DNA of 63,955 bases, filler included, from Candidatus Coatesbacteria bacterium (GTDB taxonomy: Bacteria > JAFGND01): the NCBI GenBank assembly GCA_016927185.1. It is 5 parts of 5 records of this genome, joined end to end, with 100 filler letters (N's around TTAATTAATTAA, not from the genome) between each part and the next. Parts side by side here need not be neighbours in the genome. Positions count along the whole stretch, not along the records: positions 20,937 to 47,813 come from JAFGND010000081.1; 4 more parts are not named here. One strand, given 5' to 3'. Of this stretch, positions 28,845-39,363 are shown in pieces. Position 1 is the first letter of the stretch; every line of letters begins with the position of its first letter. A program made the position numbers and the translations under genes. Below the pieces are notes generated by a model, which was not told the DNA's origin, ran no database searches, and saw only the letters and a list, made by a program, of their open reading frames with translations.

Positions 28845-30765
28845 ACCTCAAGCTCTTCAGTTTATTAGACTCTTCATTCCTCAGAAAGAATTATTTAATG
28901 CTGCTTCAGCAATTCTGGATACAGAAAAAGTGCATTTTGCAGAATATAGCGGTATAAAATTGTTTAATAAGGAACAAAAGTCGAGTATTATATCGAAAGA
29001 TAGTGAGATAGTATCTGCAGTAAATAATCTTTACTTGAAAACAAAGAAGATAATAAAAAAACTGGAGATAATTCCCGAACCTAAGACAATCAGGAAAGAT
29101 CTCTGGACTTTGGAGCAGACAAAACAGGCAAATAGGAGACTGGATAGCTGGGAAAAAAGTATTGATGAATTCAGGGATAAGCAGAATAAGATAAAAGATA
29201 GCAGAAGCAGGAATGAATTTGCTAAACTTATAAAAGCAAACTGGGACTGGCTAACAGAATATGAGGCACAGAATTTTGTATGGTATATTGTCGAGATCCC
29301 AACCAATTATGATATTGATTCAATACTTAATTTAAGTGACAAATCTGGAAGTCAGGTTATCACTCATCTGATGCTCGTTGGAACAAGAAAAGCAGCATTG
29401 ATAGTAACACATATTAAAGAGAAAGAGCAAATTGAAAAAGCCTTGAAAAATCACGGTTTATTAACAATCTCAAGCACTGGTTTCAGAAAAGAGATTGCTG
29501 ACTTCAAAATTGAAGGAGAACATGCAAATTCAGAAAAGATTAACACTGAAATTCTGTATTTGTTTAATGAGATAATCTGGCAGAAATATTTGATTGAATT
29601 TCATTTAAACCTCCAGCAAATTCCTAGGGGTTACCTTTTCTTTGGTTTTGTACCCAAGAAGGATATTCATTCAATAAGCAATGAAATTGAAAAAAGAGTT
29701 CCTGGATCCTTGATAGATTTCATTGAACCACCCTTGACTGAAGATAGTGAAACTGGAGAGATGGGATTCCCTCCGATGCCCGAACCTCCTGTGAAGCTGA
29801 ATAATCCAAAATTAATAAAACCATTTGAACTTATTACAACATCATATTCTATACCAAGATACAGGGATATTGATCCTACTGCCATAGTAGCTTTTGTCTT
29901 TCTTTTAATGTTCGGTTTGATGTTTGGGGATATAGGTCATGGATCTGTATTAGCAATAATTGGAATAATCATTTCCTTAAAATTAAGGGATTATAGAAAT
30001 ATTGGATATTTGATGATAAGTTCTGGGATTTCATCAGTAATTTTTGGTATTCTTTTTGGATCTTGTTTTGGATTTGAGTTTAAACCTTTGTGGCTAAAGC
30101 CTCTTGAAAATATTGAATTACTGGTATTTATCTCTATATGCTTTGGTATTTTTGTAATGTTCCTGGGAATGTTTTTCCAGATTTTGCAGAAACTAAAAAG
30201 AAGAGACTGGATTGGTTTTTTTATAGGACCTTGGGGTTTGGCAACGAGTAGTGTATACGGATTGATTTTGGGTTTCTCTGCATATGTATATTTCAATCCC
30301 GAAAGTTCAAAATGGGCTCTATTCGCACTTGTAATTTCCATGGTTTTATTGCTTTCACCGATTGCTTTCCAGGTACAAATCATAAAATATCTGAATAGAA
30401 GGAAACTAAGACCTTTAAAGGTGCATGGTGATACATTGAGTAGCTTTGCAGAAATTGCAGAAACTATCTTGAGTTATTTTGCTAATACTGTTTCATTCAT
30501 TCGCGTTTCAGCATTTGGTTTAAATCATGCTGCATTATCATTGGCAGTGTTTGCCATTTCAGACGCTTTCAGCAAGAATGGTGTCCCGACAGGAGGAGTA
30601 GATATCATAATAGGAAATATATCTATAATATTGCTGGAAGGTTTGATTGTTTCTATACAATGCCTGCGTTTATTATACTATGAGTTCTTTTCAAAGTTTT
30701 TTACAGGAGGAGGTAGTCTTTATAGACCTTTATCTGAAAACCATTTATATGAGGAGGTTAAATGA
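28837..30765 (+). CDS. V/A-type ATPase subunit I (a)
   Basis: P.Y.DIDPT, FGLMFGDIGHG, NTVSFIRVSAF.L.H, QCLRL.YYEFFSKFF. Confidence 0.93.
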   Translation: MFKPQALQFIRLFIPQKELFNAASAILDTEKVHFAEYSGIKLFNKEQKSSIISKDSEIVSAVNNLYLKTKKIIKKLEIIPEPKTIRKDLWTLEQTKQANRRLDSWEKSIDEFRDKQNKIKDSRSRNEFAKLIKANWDWLTEYEAQNFVWYIVEIPTNYDIDSILNLSDKSGSQVITHLMLVGTRKAALIVTHIKEKEQIEKALKNHGLLTISSTGFRKEIADFKIEGEHANSEKINTEILYLFNEIIWQKYLIEFHLNLQQIPRGYLFFGFVPKKDIHSISNEIEKRVPGSLIDFIEPPLTEDSETGEMGFPPMPEPPVKLNNPKLIKPFELITTSYSIPRYRDIDPTAIVAFVFLLMFGLMFGDIGHGSVLAIIGIIISLKLRDYRNIGYLMISSGISSVIFGILFGSCFGFEFKPLWLKPLENIELLVFISICFGIFVMFLGMFFQILQKLKRRDWIGFFIGPWGLATSSVYGLILGFSAYVYFNPESSKWALFALVISMVLLLSPIAFQVQIIKYLNRRKLRPLKVHGDTLSSFAEIAETILSYFANTVSFIRVSAFGLNHAALSLAVFAISDAFSKNGVPTGGVDIIIGNISIILLEGLIVSIQCLRLLYYEFFSKFFTGGGSLYRPLSENHLYEEVK

Positions 30766-31169
30766 TGTTAAAAAAGGTATTCAGAACATTTCAAGATAGA
30801 AAGCTATTTTCATATTCTTTCGCAATAACTGGAGTTTCATTAGCACTGCTTGTAACAGTGCCTTTGTTCATAGCGCTTTTTCATAAGCCTTTATTTGCCT
30901 CGACTGAAGGTGATTTGTCTCTTTTAAAACTCACTGATATGGGGACAGCAATAAGATTGAGTGCCGCATACTTATCAATAGCTATATGTACAGGTCTTGC
31001 AGCAATTGGAGCAGGTGTGGGAACAGGAATAGTAGGAGCTGCAGCTGTTGGAGTTTTGGCAGAGAAACCTGATCTTTTTGGAAGGGTACTTATTTTTGTA
31101 GGACTTGCAGAAGGTATAGCTATTTATGGTCTGGTTATGAGTATTTTCATCTTGGTAAAATCAGGGTAA
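30762..31169 (+). CDS. V/A-type ATPase subunit K (c)
   Basis: GLAAIGAG, AE.P..FG..LIFVGLAEGIAIYG. Confidence 0.9.
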   Translation: MMLKKVFRTFQDRKLFSYSFAITGVSLALLVTVPLFIALFHKPLFASTEGDLSLLKLTDMGTAIRLSAAYLSIAICTGLAAIGAGVGTGIVGAAAVGVLAEKPDLFGRVLIFVGLAEGIAIYGLVMSIFILVKSG

Positions 31170-31175
31170 TAGCAA

Positions 31176-31502
31176 ATGAAATGCTACGTTTTAGGTGATA
31201 AAGTAAGTATAAGATTATTCAATCTTCTAGGAATTGAAGGAGTGGTTCATTCTGGCAATCCCCTGGAAGATTTGGATAGACTCCTTAAGAATCCAGATGT
31301 AGGAGTTATATTTGTCACTAAGGGTTTGGTTAATCAAGTTGGCGCAAGGATGGAATCTTATTTTAAAAGCAAGTATCCTGTTGTAGTAGAAGTACCAGAT
31401 TATGAAAACCCTGAGTTTAATGATACTGTGATAAACAAGATGAATACTATGTTTGGTTTTGGAAAGGCAGAGGAATCTGATGGAAAAAAAATCGGGTCTT
31501 GA
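31176..31502 (+). CDS. V/A-type ATPase subunit F
   Basis: V.GD....F.L.G.EG, DVG.I.VT, P.VVEVP. Confidence 0.85.
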   Translation: MKCYVLGDKVSIRLFNLLGIEGVVHSGNPLEDLDRLLKNPDVGVIFVTKGLVNQVGARMESYFKSKYPVVVEVPDYENPEFNDTVINKMNTMFGFGKAEESDGKKIGS

Positions 31503-32064
31503 GATGCTTCTTGAAGAAATCAAGAAGGAACAAGAGGATTTGATGAAGCATTCCAGGGAAATTTTCAGGAAGTTGAAATCGAAAACAATAGCTATATATA
31601 ATGCAAAAACTAAAATGATTGAGAAAGAAATAAGAGAGGAAGTTGAAAAGCAGATCCGGATTGAAAGTCAGATTAAGCTGTCAGATAAATGGAAAGAGAT
31701 TCAGAAAGAAGAGTTGGATTTTGAAAGGACTTTGCTGACTGATTTTGAAAAAGAATTTCATGAGTTGATTATGAAACAAAAAAATTCTCAACTATACAGG
31801 GATTTCTTTGCAAAGAAATTAGAATCAGTACAAAAAATCTATACAGAAACTTTTGTAATTCATACTTCTGAAGAGGATTATGAATTTTTCAGGAAAATCA
31901 TCCCTGAAGAATGGGAAATAAAGAAAGGAAATTATATTGATGGAGGTTTTATAGTAGAGACAATGGATTGTAGATTCAGATTGGACAATAGTCTGGATAC
32001 TATTTTCAAGGAATTCAGCAAGACAATAGAGATTGAGCTCAAGAGGGTTTTACAAAGTGAGTAG
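31480..32064 (+). CDS. V/A-type ATPase subunit E
   Basis: N-terminal coiled coil, IDGGFIV....R.DNSL. Confidence 0.8.
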   Translation: MEKKSGLEMLLEEIKKEQEDLMKHSREIFRKLKSKTIAIYNAKTKMIEKEIREEVEKQIRIESQIKLSDKWKEIQKEELDFERTLLTDFEKEFHELIMKQKNSQLYRDFFAKKLESVQKIYTETFVIHTSEEDYEFFRKIIPEEWEIKKGNYIDGGFIVETMDCRFRLDNSLDTIFKEFSKTIEIELKRVLQSE

Positions 32065-32067
32065 GGA

Positions 32068-33828
32068 ATGGAAGATTCTATAAGGATTTTAAGAATAAAT
32101 GGTCCAATAATATGGTCATATGGAGATACTCCACTAAAGATAGGAGAACAGGTTTTTGTTGGAAACCTGCAATTGATTGCCGAGGTTATAGGAATTGAAG
32201 CAGACCATACTATTATTCAGGTTTATGAAGATACAATTGAATTGAAACCAGGGGAACCTGTATATCCGACAGGTCTTCCATTGTCTATTGAACTGGCACC
32301 CGGATTGATATCCTCAATATTTGATGGAATAGGTAGACCACTTGATTATCTTGCTACAAAAGAAGGTGATTTTCTGAAGAGAGGGACTCATTCAGAAGGA
32401 CTTGATAGAGAAAAAAAGTGGGAATTTACCCCCTCCGTAAAAAAAGGAGATTTGATAAGCGGCGGAGAGATAATAGGTAATGTCAAGGAGACAAGCCTCT
32501 TCAATCATAGAATCTTGTTACCGCCATCCATTTCGGGAAGAGTAGTTTCGGTAAGAGAACATGATGAATACACAATTGAAGACGAGATCCTGCAAATAGA
32601 AACGAGTAAAGGAACTGAATCAGTATCAATGCTTCAAAAATGGCCAGTAAGAACTAGCAGACCATTTATAAAAAGATTGCAGAACAAGAAAATGCTTTTT
32701 ACTGGTCAGAGAGTACTGGATTTTTTATTCCCGATACCAAAAGGAGGTGTAGCAGCAATTCCAGGCGGGTTTGGAACTGGCAAGACAGTTACACAACATC
32801 AACTCGCTAAATGGAGTGATGCCGATATAATAATATACGTTGGATGCGGAGAACGAGGTAATGAAATGACTCAGGTTTTAACTGAGTTCCCGGAACTTGT
32901 AGATCCAGTAACTGAGCGTCCCTTGATGGAAAGAACAATATTAATCGCAAACACTTCAAATATGCCTGTAACTGCAAGAGAATCTTCAATCTATACTGGT
33001 ATAACATTAGCTGAGTATTTCAGGGATCAAGGTTATGATGTTGCAGTCATGGCAGATTCAACTTCCAGATGGGCTGAGGCATTGAGAGAGATTTCTGGCA
33101 GGCTAGAGGAAATGCCAGCTGAACAGGGATATCCGGCATATCTCGGAAGCAGACTTGCTGAATTCTATGAAAGAGCAGGTTCAGTACTTGCTTTAAGCCA
33201 TAGGGAAGGATCGGTGTCAATAATAGGAGCTGTTTCTCCTGCTGGTTCAGATTTCTCAGAACCTGTTACCCAGAATACAAAGAGGTTTATAGGCGCTTTT
33301 TGGGCTTTGTCAAAGGAACTAGCTTCAGCAAGACATTTCCCCGCTATTTCCTGGACTGATTCATATTCGGAATACATTGAAAATGTCAAGCCATGGTGGG
33401 ATCAATTCGGAAATGATAAATGGAGCTCTTTCAGAAACAGGATGATGTATTTATTGACAGAGGATCAGAGATTGCAGCAAATCATTAAAATAATCGGAGC
33501 TGATTCTTTGCCTGATGATCAAAGATTAATACTGGAAACGGCTAAATTAATAAAACAGGGATTTCTTCAACAGAGCGCAATAAATCCAAATGATGCTTAT
33601 TCAAGTATAGAAAAGCAAATGAGTCTGGCTGAATTGATTCTTTATTATTATGACGAGTCAAGGGAATTATTAAAGAAAGGTATTCCTGTAATCAGGATTT
33701 GGGCATTACCAATAACGACAGAAATACTGAGAATAAAAGATAAAACCCCTAAGGGAGAAGAGCATTTTATTTCGGAATTGAAATCAAGAATCAACAAGGA
33801 GTTTTCTGAACTGAAAACAAGATATTAG
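32068..33828 (+). CDS. atpA: V/A-type ATPase catalytic subunit A
   Basis: [49 protein letters not shown]. Confidence 0.97.
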   Translation: MEDSIRILRINGPIIWSYGDTPLKIGEQVFVGNLQLIAEVIGIEADHTIIQVYEDTIELKPGEPVYPTGLPLSIELAPGLISSIFDGIGRPLDYLATKEGDFLKRGTHSEGLDREKKWEFTPSVKKGDLISGGEIIGNVKETSLFNHRILLPPSISGRVVSVREHDEYTIEDEILQIETSKGTESVSMLQKWPVRTSRPFIKRLQNKKMLFTGQRVLDFLFPIPKGGVAAIPGGFGTGKTVTQHQLAKWSDADIIIYVGCGERGNEMTQVLTEFPELVDPVTERPLMERTILIANTSNMPVTARESSIYTGITLAEYFRDQGYDVAVMADSTSRWAEALREISGRLEEMPAEQGYPAYLGSRLAEFYERAGSVLALSHREGSVSIIGAVSPAGSDFSEPVTQNTKRFIGAFWALSKELASARHFPAISWTDSYSEYIENVKPWWDQFGNDKWSSFRNRMMYLLTEDQRLQQIIKIIGADSLPDDQRLILETAKLIKQGFLQQSAINPNDAYSSIEKQMSLAELILYYYDESRELLKKGIPVIRIWALPITTEILRIKDKTPKGEEHFISELKSRINKEFSELKTRY

Positions 33829-33879
33829 GATTTTATTAGATTTTTATTTATCTGCATTTACTGTTAAAAAGGAGAATTA

Positions 33880-35244
33880 ATGTCAGTAAAAGAATATACT
33901 GGTGTTGAAAGAATAAATGGTCCTTTGCTAGTTGTGAGTGGTACGAAAGACATAGGTTTTGGTGAAATAGTAGAAGTACTGGATAGGAATTCTGAGAAAA
34001 GACTGGGACAAGTTCTTATTGCTGACATGAATTTTGTTCTTGTTCAGGTCTTTGAGGGAACCAAGAATCTTGATTCGCCTGCCACTAAAGTCAGATTTAT
34101 TGGTAAATCAGTTCAATTTGCGGTTGGAAAAGGTATACTTGGAAGAATATTCGACGGACTTGGAAGGTTAAGAGATAATTTGCCACCTTATCTGGCAGAG
34201 GATTTTTTATCTGTTAACGGACTTCCTATTAATCCAATCAAACGGCAATACCCGGAGGATTTTATACAGACCGGAATATCATCCATAGATGGGTTGAATA
34301 CTTTGATTAGAGGCCAAAAATTACCTATTTTTTCAGGAGCGGGACTTCCATCTCACAGATTGGCTGCTCAAATTGCCACTCAATCAAGGCTTTTGGGAGG
34401 AGAGGACTTCGTGGTTGTTTTTGCGGCGATGGGAGTAAAAAATGATCTTGCAGAGTTTTTTGTAGAAAAGCTATCTCAAACCTCAGGTAGTTCTAGATCG
34501 GTCTTTTTTCTTAATCTTGCAAATGAACCTGCAATAGAAAGAATTATTACACCAAGATGTGCATTGACAGCAGCAGAGTATCTTGCATACACACTTGGAA
34601 TGCATGTCCTTGTTATTATGATTGATATGACTTCATATTGTGAGGCATTAAGAGAAACTGCTATTGCCAAAGAGGAAGTTCCTTCTCAGAAAGGATATCC
34701 TGGCTATTTGTATTCGGATTTAGCAAGCCTTTATGAAAGAACAGGAAGAATAAAGGGGAGATCTGGTTCAATAACGCAGATAGCAATATTAACAATGCCA
34801 AATGATGATATATCTCATCCAGTACCTGATCTTACAGGATATATAACTGAAGGTCAGATAGTTCTTGATAGAAGGCTTTATGGTCTAGGAATTAATCCTC
34901 CAATAAATGTATTACCATCATTATCAAGATTGATGAAAGATGGAATAGGGAAAGACAAGACAAGAGAAGATCATGTAAATCTTTCTTCTCAGTTATATGC
35001 AGCTTATGCCAAGGTACATGAAATAAGGGCACTAGCAGCAATAATAGGTGAAGAGGATTTGTCTAGTCTGGATAGATCATACATCGAATTTGGCAACAGG
35101 TTTGAAAAGGAATTCATAGGTCAGGGTTTTGATGTTGAAAGAAAGCTGGAAGAAACCCTGAATCTCGGCTGGAGTATACTTAGAATACTTCCAAGATCGG
35201 AGCTAACAAGAGTAACTGAAGAAGAGATAGAAAGATATCTGTAA
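33880..35244 (+). CDS. atpB: V/A-type ATPase subunit B
   Basis: [41 protein letters not shown]. Confidence 0.97.
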   Translation: MSVKEYTGVERINGPLLVVSGTKDIGFGEIVEVLDRNSEKRLGQVLIADMNFVLVQVFEGTKNLDSPATKVRFIGKSVQFAVGKGILGRIFDGLGRLRDNLPPYLAEDFLSVNGLPINPIKRQYPEDFIQTGISSIDGLNTLIRGQKLPIFSGAGLPSHRLAAQIATQSRLLGGEDFVVVFAAMGVKNDLAEFFVEKLSQTSGSSRSVFFLNLANEPAIERIITPRCALTAAEYLAYTLGMHVLVIMIDMTSYCEALRETAIAKEEVPSQKGYPGYLYSDLASLYERTGRIKGRSGSITQIAILTMPNDDISHPVPDLTGYITEGQIVLDRRLYGLGINPPINVLPSLSRLMKDGIGKDKTREDHVNLSSQLYAAYAKVHEIRALAAIIGEEDLSSLDRSYIEFGNRFEKEFIGQGFDVERKLEETLNLGWSILRILPRSELTRVTEEEIERYL

Positions 35245-35253
35245 GGAAAAGTA

Positions 35254-35883
35254 ATGAATATTGCACCAACAAAAGCTAATCTATTGATGACAAAAGCACA
35301 ACTTAAAGTTGCCAGAGAAGGGCATCAACTCCTTTCGGAAAAAAAGCAAGTCCTTCTTATGGAAATATTAACAAGAATACATGATTTCAGGAAACTGGAA
35401 TCTGAAGTACAGAAGAGGATAAAAAAGGCTTTCAATAACTTGAGAAAAACAATCCTGACTTTAGGTGAGGAGAAAATAGATTATCTTGCAAGAGTCTATA
35501 ATAAATCGCTTGATTTCGAGATTCTTGAAAGAACCACAATGGGCATTGTAACTGTAGATATAATTCCTTCCAGAACTGATATAATACTGAATGCTTCTCT
35601 CTGGGATACAAATTACTATTATGATATCCTTCAGAAAGAGCTAACTGATGTATTTCCACTTATTTTTAAATGGTTATCTATGAGGATAACAATTATGAGA
35701 CTTGGAGACGAGCTAATTAAAACGCAAAAAAGAGTAAATGCACTTGAGAATATCTACATTCCTGAATACGAAACTCAGGAATTATGGATAACTAATATAC
35801 TAGAAGAGTTATCAAGAGAGGAATTTTATAAAGTAAAGAAATTGAAAGATAAGATGAAAAGGAAGAAAGGATTGATTCAATGA
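35254..35883 (+). CDS. atpD: V/A-type ATPase subunit D
   Basis: PTK.NL, G..LL..K, KTQKRVNALE..IP, LEE..REEF. Confidence 0.93.
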   Translation: MNIAPTKANLLMTKAQLKVAREGHQLLSEKKQVLLMEILTRIHDFRKLESEVQKRIKKAFNNLRKTILTLGEEKIDYLARVYNKSLDFEILERTTMGIVTVDIIPSRTDIILNASLWDTNYYYDILQKELTDVFPLIFKWLSMRITIMRLGDELIKTQKRVNALENIYIPEYETQELWITNILEELSREEFYKVKKLKDKMKRKKGLIQ

Positions 35884-36320
35884 GTTTTCTGAAAATCAAA
35901 ACAATACTCTATTATGTTACGACATCCCCAGGAAGTCTTGAAGCATTCGAGAAGTTTTCCCCTTTCTGTTTGATACATAAGGCAAGTCTTGTTGAGTTAT
36001 TTGTGCTTGATCCTCTCGTGATAATGGAAATATCAAGATCTTCAGGAAAAAGCAGATCCCAGGTGGAGATTGAACAGGAAGAGAATGGATGGATATATTT
36101 GTATGAAATAGAAGAATTAGCCAAAGATACAGGTATACATGTGGAGGTCAGTTTACAGATAGGAAATCCTCTTGATAAGCTTCTCGAAGTTAGAAAAATG
36201 CATCAATGCGAATTGATAGTACTTCCTTTTCATATGATTTCTTCTTCCAAGAGGATAGATAGGCTGGTACAGGATCTATTATTAAGATCTCCAGTTCCTC
36301 TTCTGATATTGCCATTTTGA
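35880..36320 (+). CDS. Universal stress protein (USP) family
   Basis: USP-fold pattern with G.P...L....C.LIV and SPVPLLI; overlaps the atpD stop. Confidence 0.75.
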   Translation: MSFLKIKTILYYVTTSPGSLEAFEKFSPFCLIHKASLVELFVLDPLVIMEISRSSGKSRSQVEIEQEENGWIYLYEIEELAKDTGIHVEVSLQIGNPLDKLLEVRKMHQCELIVLPFHMISSSKRIDRLVQDLLLRSPVPLLILPF

Positions 36321-36325
36321 AAGAG

Positions 36326-37360
36326 TCATTTCTTTTCAAGCACTTTTCCATTAATGTCCCAGCTTGTAAAAGAATCTTTAACTATTTTTCCTTCCTTGTA
36401 TATACATTCAACTTTCTTCTTTCCATTTTCATAAAATTGTTTGTGTTGCCCTGTTAAAATACCTCTTCTGAAAGTTGTAAGCCTTTCTATTTGTCCATTG
36501 GTATAGTATCTTATCATTTGCCCATCAGGGACACCATCGAAGTTTTTTTGCATATTGTGTACGAAAAAGGGAACAAGCTTTGCTTTAAATCCTTCCTTCT
36601 TGGCATCTTCTTTGCTTAATTCAATATATACTGCTGATCTCTCCGCTTTCCCATTGCTATAATAAAAGACAGCCTTTCCAATTAGTTGCCTGTTCTTTAT
36701 TATCATTGAAATAAATTTCTTTTTATTTTCATAAGTTCCAGAAACTTCTCCATTACCAACAGGGAATGTTGCCTTGAATGATATTCCAAGGGAGTCTTTA
36801 CCTGTCCATTCTCCAACTGGAAAGTCATCCTTGAAGTTTCCAGTCGCTCTTAATTGAGAGTTTGCATAGTAATAAATCCATTTGTCTTGCTTCTTTCCAT
36901 AATAATAAGAACCTTTTGATTCAAGATTTCCATTTAAGTAATATAGTTCCCATATGCTATATGGCTTGCCTTTCTTGAACATCCCTTTTGATTTTAATTT
37001 ATCTCCATCATACCAGGATTTATAGGGTCCATCTTGAATATCTTGCCTGAAATTTGCTTCTTCCGATTTTTTTCCGTCCTTTGTAAATATCGTCCATAGA
37101 CTGTCTTTTTTTCCATTATAATATTTGCCTGTGGCATATAGTTTCTTGTCAGGGAAATATACTTTCCATATTCCATGCTTAACAGGTTTCCCTTTATCTG
37201 AGGTCATAACTGGTCCTCTTTCGAAAAAACCTCCTTCCATCTTGTATTCTTTCACACTTTTATCAGTAGAAATTACTTTTGCTTCTTTCTTTGTCATTTT
37301 ATTACAGGATATTGATTGAATAAAGAAAATCAAGCCAGACAGAAGTAAAATTATTCTCAT
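36326..37360 (-). CDS. MORN-variant repeat (YwqK-like) lipoprotein
   Basis: Repeated G.W..YY.NG.L...G.Y; lipobox SISC. Confidence 0.8.
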   Translation of the reverse strand: MRIILLLSGLIFFIQSISCNKMTKKEAKVISTDKSVKEYKMEGGFFERGPVMTSDKGKPVKHGIWKVYFPDKKLYATGKYYNGKKDSLWTIFTKDGKKSEEANFRQDIQDGPYKSWYDGDKLKSKGMFKKGKPYSIWELYYLNGNLESKGSYYYGKKQDKWIYYYANSQLRATGNFKDDFPVGEWTGKDSLGISFKATFPVGNGEVSGTYENKKKFISMIIKNRQLIGKAVFYYSNGKAERSAVYIELSKEDAKKEGFKAKLVPFFVHNMQKNFDGVPDGQMIRYYTNGQIERLTTFRRGILTGQHKQFYENGKKKVECIYKEGKIVKDSFTSWDINGKVLEKK

Positions 37361-37446
37361 AATGCTCAATTTTTCATATAATGATGTTTTGTCAAGAATG
37401 TATATCTTAAATAGTCAGTTATGTTATATTTCAAATGGAGATTAAT

Positions 37447-38664
37447 TTATAAATCATTTGAAGAATATCTAGCTATTATACCAGTTGCTGAACCATCAGA
37501 ATAGTATGGCTTGAATTTGAAGTCCATTAGATAAGATACGAAATTCCTATCCATGTCTTTATCACCTGTAGACTGGATGAGAATCACTTTTTCCACTTTT
37601 CCTCTAGAACTTATATAAATATCAGCTATGAATGCTGTTTGATAAGCACTCTTATCAGAATAATAACCGGTTTTAGCTTCACTTCTTTTTTTAGATGTAT
37701 CAGCAGGATACTTTGAAGGTTTGCTTATTATTGAAAGACTTGAGAATGATGTTCTTAAATAAGTTTCTTTGCTGTCTCTATGACCCTTATCTTGTGCTAT
37801 GCTCGAAGGTTTTTCTTTAGCTGTTTCCATACTGCTTTCTTCATCATCAGATATTTCTCTGTCTTTTGATAATTTTGATCCAGCTATATCTTTTTTTCTT
37901 TTATTCTGGTCATCCAGATTCTCCGCAGGTGCAGTTGGAGTTTCTATCTTGTACATCTGTCTTGGAGTTCTGGCTAGTGAAGGAGTAACTGGAGCTGAGC
38001 CCGCTTTTTGAGAACCAAAGCTTTCTGTTTCATTTTTTGAAAAATCTTCTACTGATAATTTTGGCTGATCCGAGGATTTCATTTCGTCTGCTGATTTGTA
38101 AATTTCACCAGTAGATGTTTCTCTTCTCAAGGGATCTTTTTCCTGGGATTTTTCAGTTTTCTTGTAAGGTTTAAAACCGTTTCTTTCTTCTGTTCTGGTT
38201 TCTTCCTCTGCTGGAGATTGATCAGGAAGAGTACTTTTGAAACTGTCCTTTTTTTCTACTTGCTGAACAAATTTGCTTGAGGTTTCAGGTTCAGTCAATT
38301 CCTTAGTTCTACCTTTTATCATAATGAAAGCAATTATTAAAACTGCAGCTGGTACTAATGCCAGTCTTAGAGGGTATGCTTTCAAATAATCAAGTATTTC
38401 CGCAAACAGGTTTTTCTTCTTTTTTTCATATTTAGTATTCAAACCAAGTGTATTCATTATTATCATTTTATTTTCGGCAAATTCTTTTATTGAAGGATTA
38501 TCCATCGGCTTCTTGAATGCTTCATCAATCATTCTCATGCTTTCAAGATATTTCCTGCAATTAGCGCATTCCCTTAAATGATTATTTACTTTCACTACAT
38601 CTTGACTAGATAATTCATTATCTATGAAAGCGCTTGCCAACAGATGAAATTCTTTGCAATTCAT
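37447..38664 (-). CDS. zf-HC2 anti-sigma factor with TM helix and C-terminal TonB_C-like domain
   Basis: MNC...LASAFIDNEL...HLRECANC, TM helix, long charged linker, IYISSRGKVEKV.LIQSTG...MD......FKFKP. Confidence 0.78.
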   Translation of the reverse strand: MNCKEFHLLASAFIDNELSSQDVVKVNNHLRECANCRKYLESMRMIDEAFKKPMDNPSIKEFAENKMIIMNTLGLNTKYEKKKKNLFAEILDYLKAYPLRLALVPAAVLIIAFIMIKGRTKELTEPETSSKFVQQVEKKDSFKSTLPDQSPAEEETRTEERNGFKPYKKTEKSQEKDPLRRETSTGEIYKSADEMKSSDQPKLSVEDFSKNETESFGSQKAGSAPVTPSLARTPRQMYKIETPTAPAENLDDQNKRKKDIAGSKLSKDREISDDEESSMETAKEKPSSIAQDKGHRDSKETYLRTSFSSLSIISKPSKYPADTSKKRSEAKTGYYSDKSAYQTAFIADIYISSRGKVEKVILIQSTGDKDMDRNFVSYLMDFKFKPYYSDGSATGIIARYSSNDL

Positions 38665-39227
38665 ATCATTAACTCTCTCAGGAAAAATTGTAATTTCTCT
38701 CTTGCTCTTGCAAGTCTTGACATAACTGTACCTTCAGGAATTGATAATACTGATGCAATATCCTTATAGCTCATCTCTTCCTGAACTCTTAAAACAAAAA
38801 CGGCTCTATAATCTGGTTGAAGTTTCTCAATTGCTGCCTTGAGTTTTTCTTCAAATTCAGCATTCAGAAGTTCTCTTGCTGGTTTTTCACAATCAGCGAG
38901 GAGATCGTCCGGATTTTCTAGGCTATCAAGATAAACCATTTCCTGCCCCTGGTTTCTCCTGTTATAGGTTTTTATTGCTGCATTATAAGCTATTCTGTAT
39001 AGCCAAAGATAGAAAGATCTTTTAATATCAAACTGGTCAAGTGCTCTGTAAGCTAAAACGAAAGCATCTTGAACAGCATCTAAGGCATCATCTCTGTTAA
39101 GCAGGATTTTATAGGCTAGTTGATATAGTATCGGTTGATATCTATCAACTATTTCTCCGAAAGCTTCTGTATCACCTGCTCGTATGTCTGCCACTGTCTT
39201 TCTATCAGCTTCATCTCTAGCTTTCAT
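38661..39227 (-). CDS. ECF RNA polymerase sigma-70 factor
   Basis: GD.EAF..IV.RYQ, DA.DAVQDAF, F..WLYRIA.N, SY..IA..L.IP.GTVMSRL.RAR. Confidence 0.94.
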   Translation of the reverse strand: MKARDEADRKTVADIRAGDTEAFGEIVDRYQPILYQLAYKILLNRDDALDAVQDAFVLAYRALDQFDIKRSFYLWLYRIAYNAAIKTYNRRNQGQEMVYLDSLENPDDLLADCEKPARELLNAEFEEKLKAAIEKLQPDYRAVFVLRVQEEMSYKDIASVLSIPEGTVMSRLARAREKLQFFLRELMI

Positions 39228-39363
39228 TAGTTAATATCTTATAACCTCCAATAATATTCCAGGAAATGTTAACGTAGTAAAAAAATATTTAGTTTTAGGC
39301 AATGAAAAATAGAAAAACAGTTTTATCTTTACAAACAAATCTAATATGCTTGTTAATGGCATC

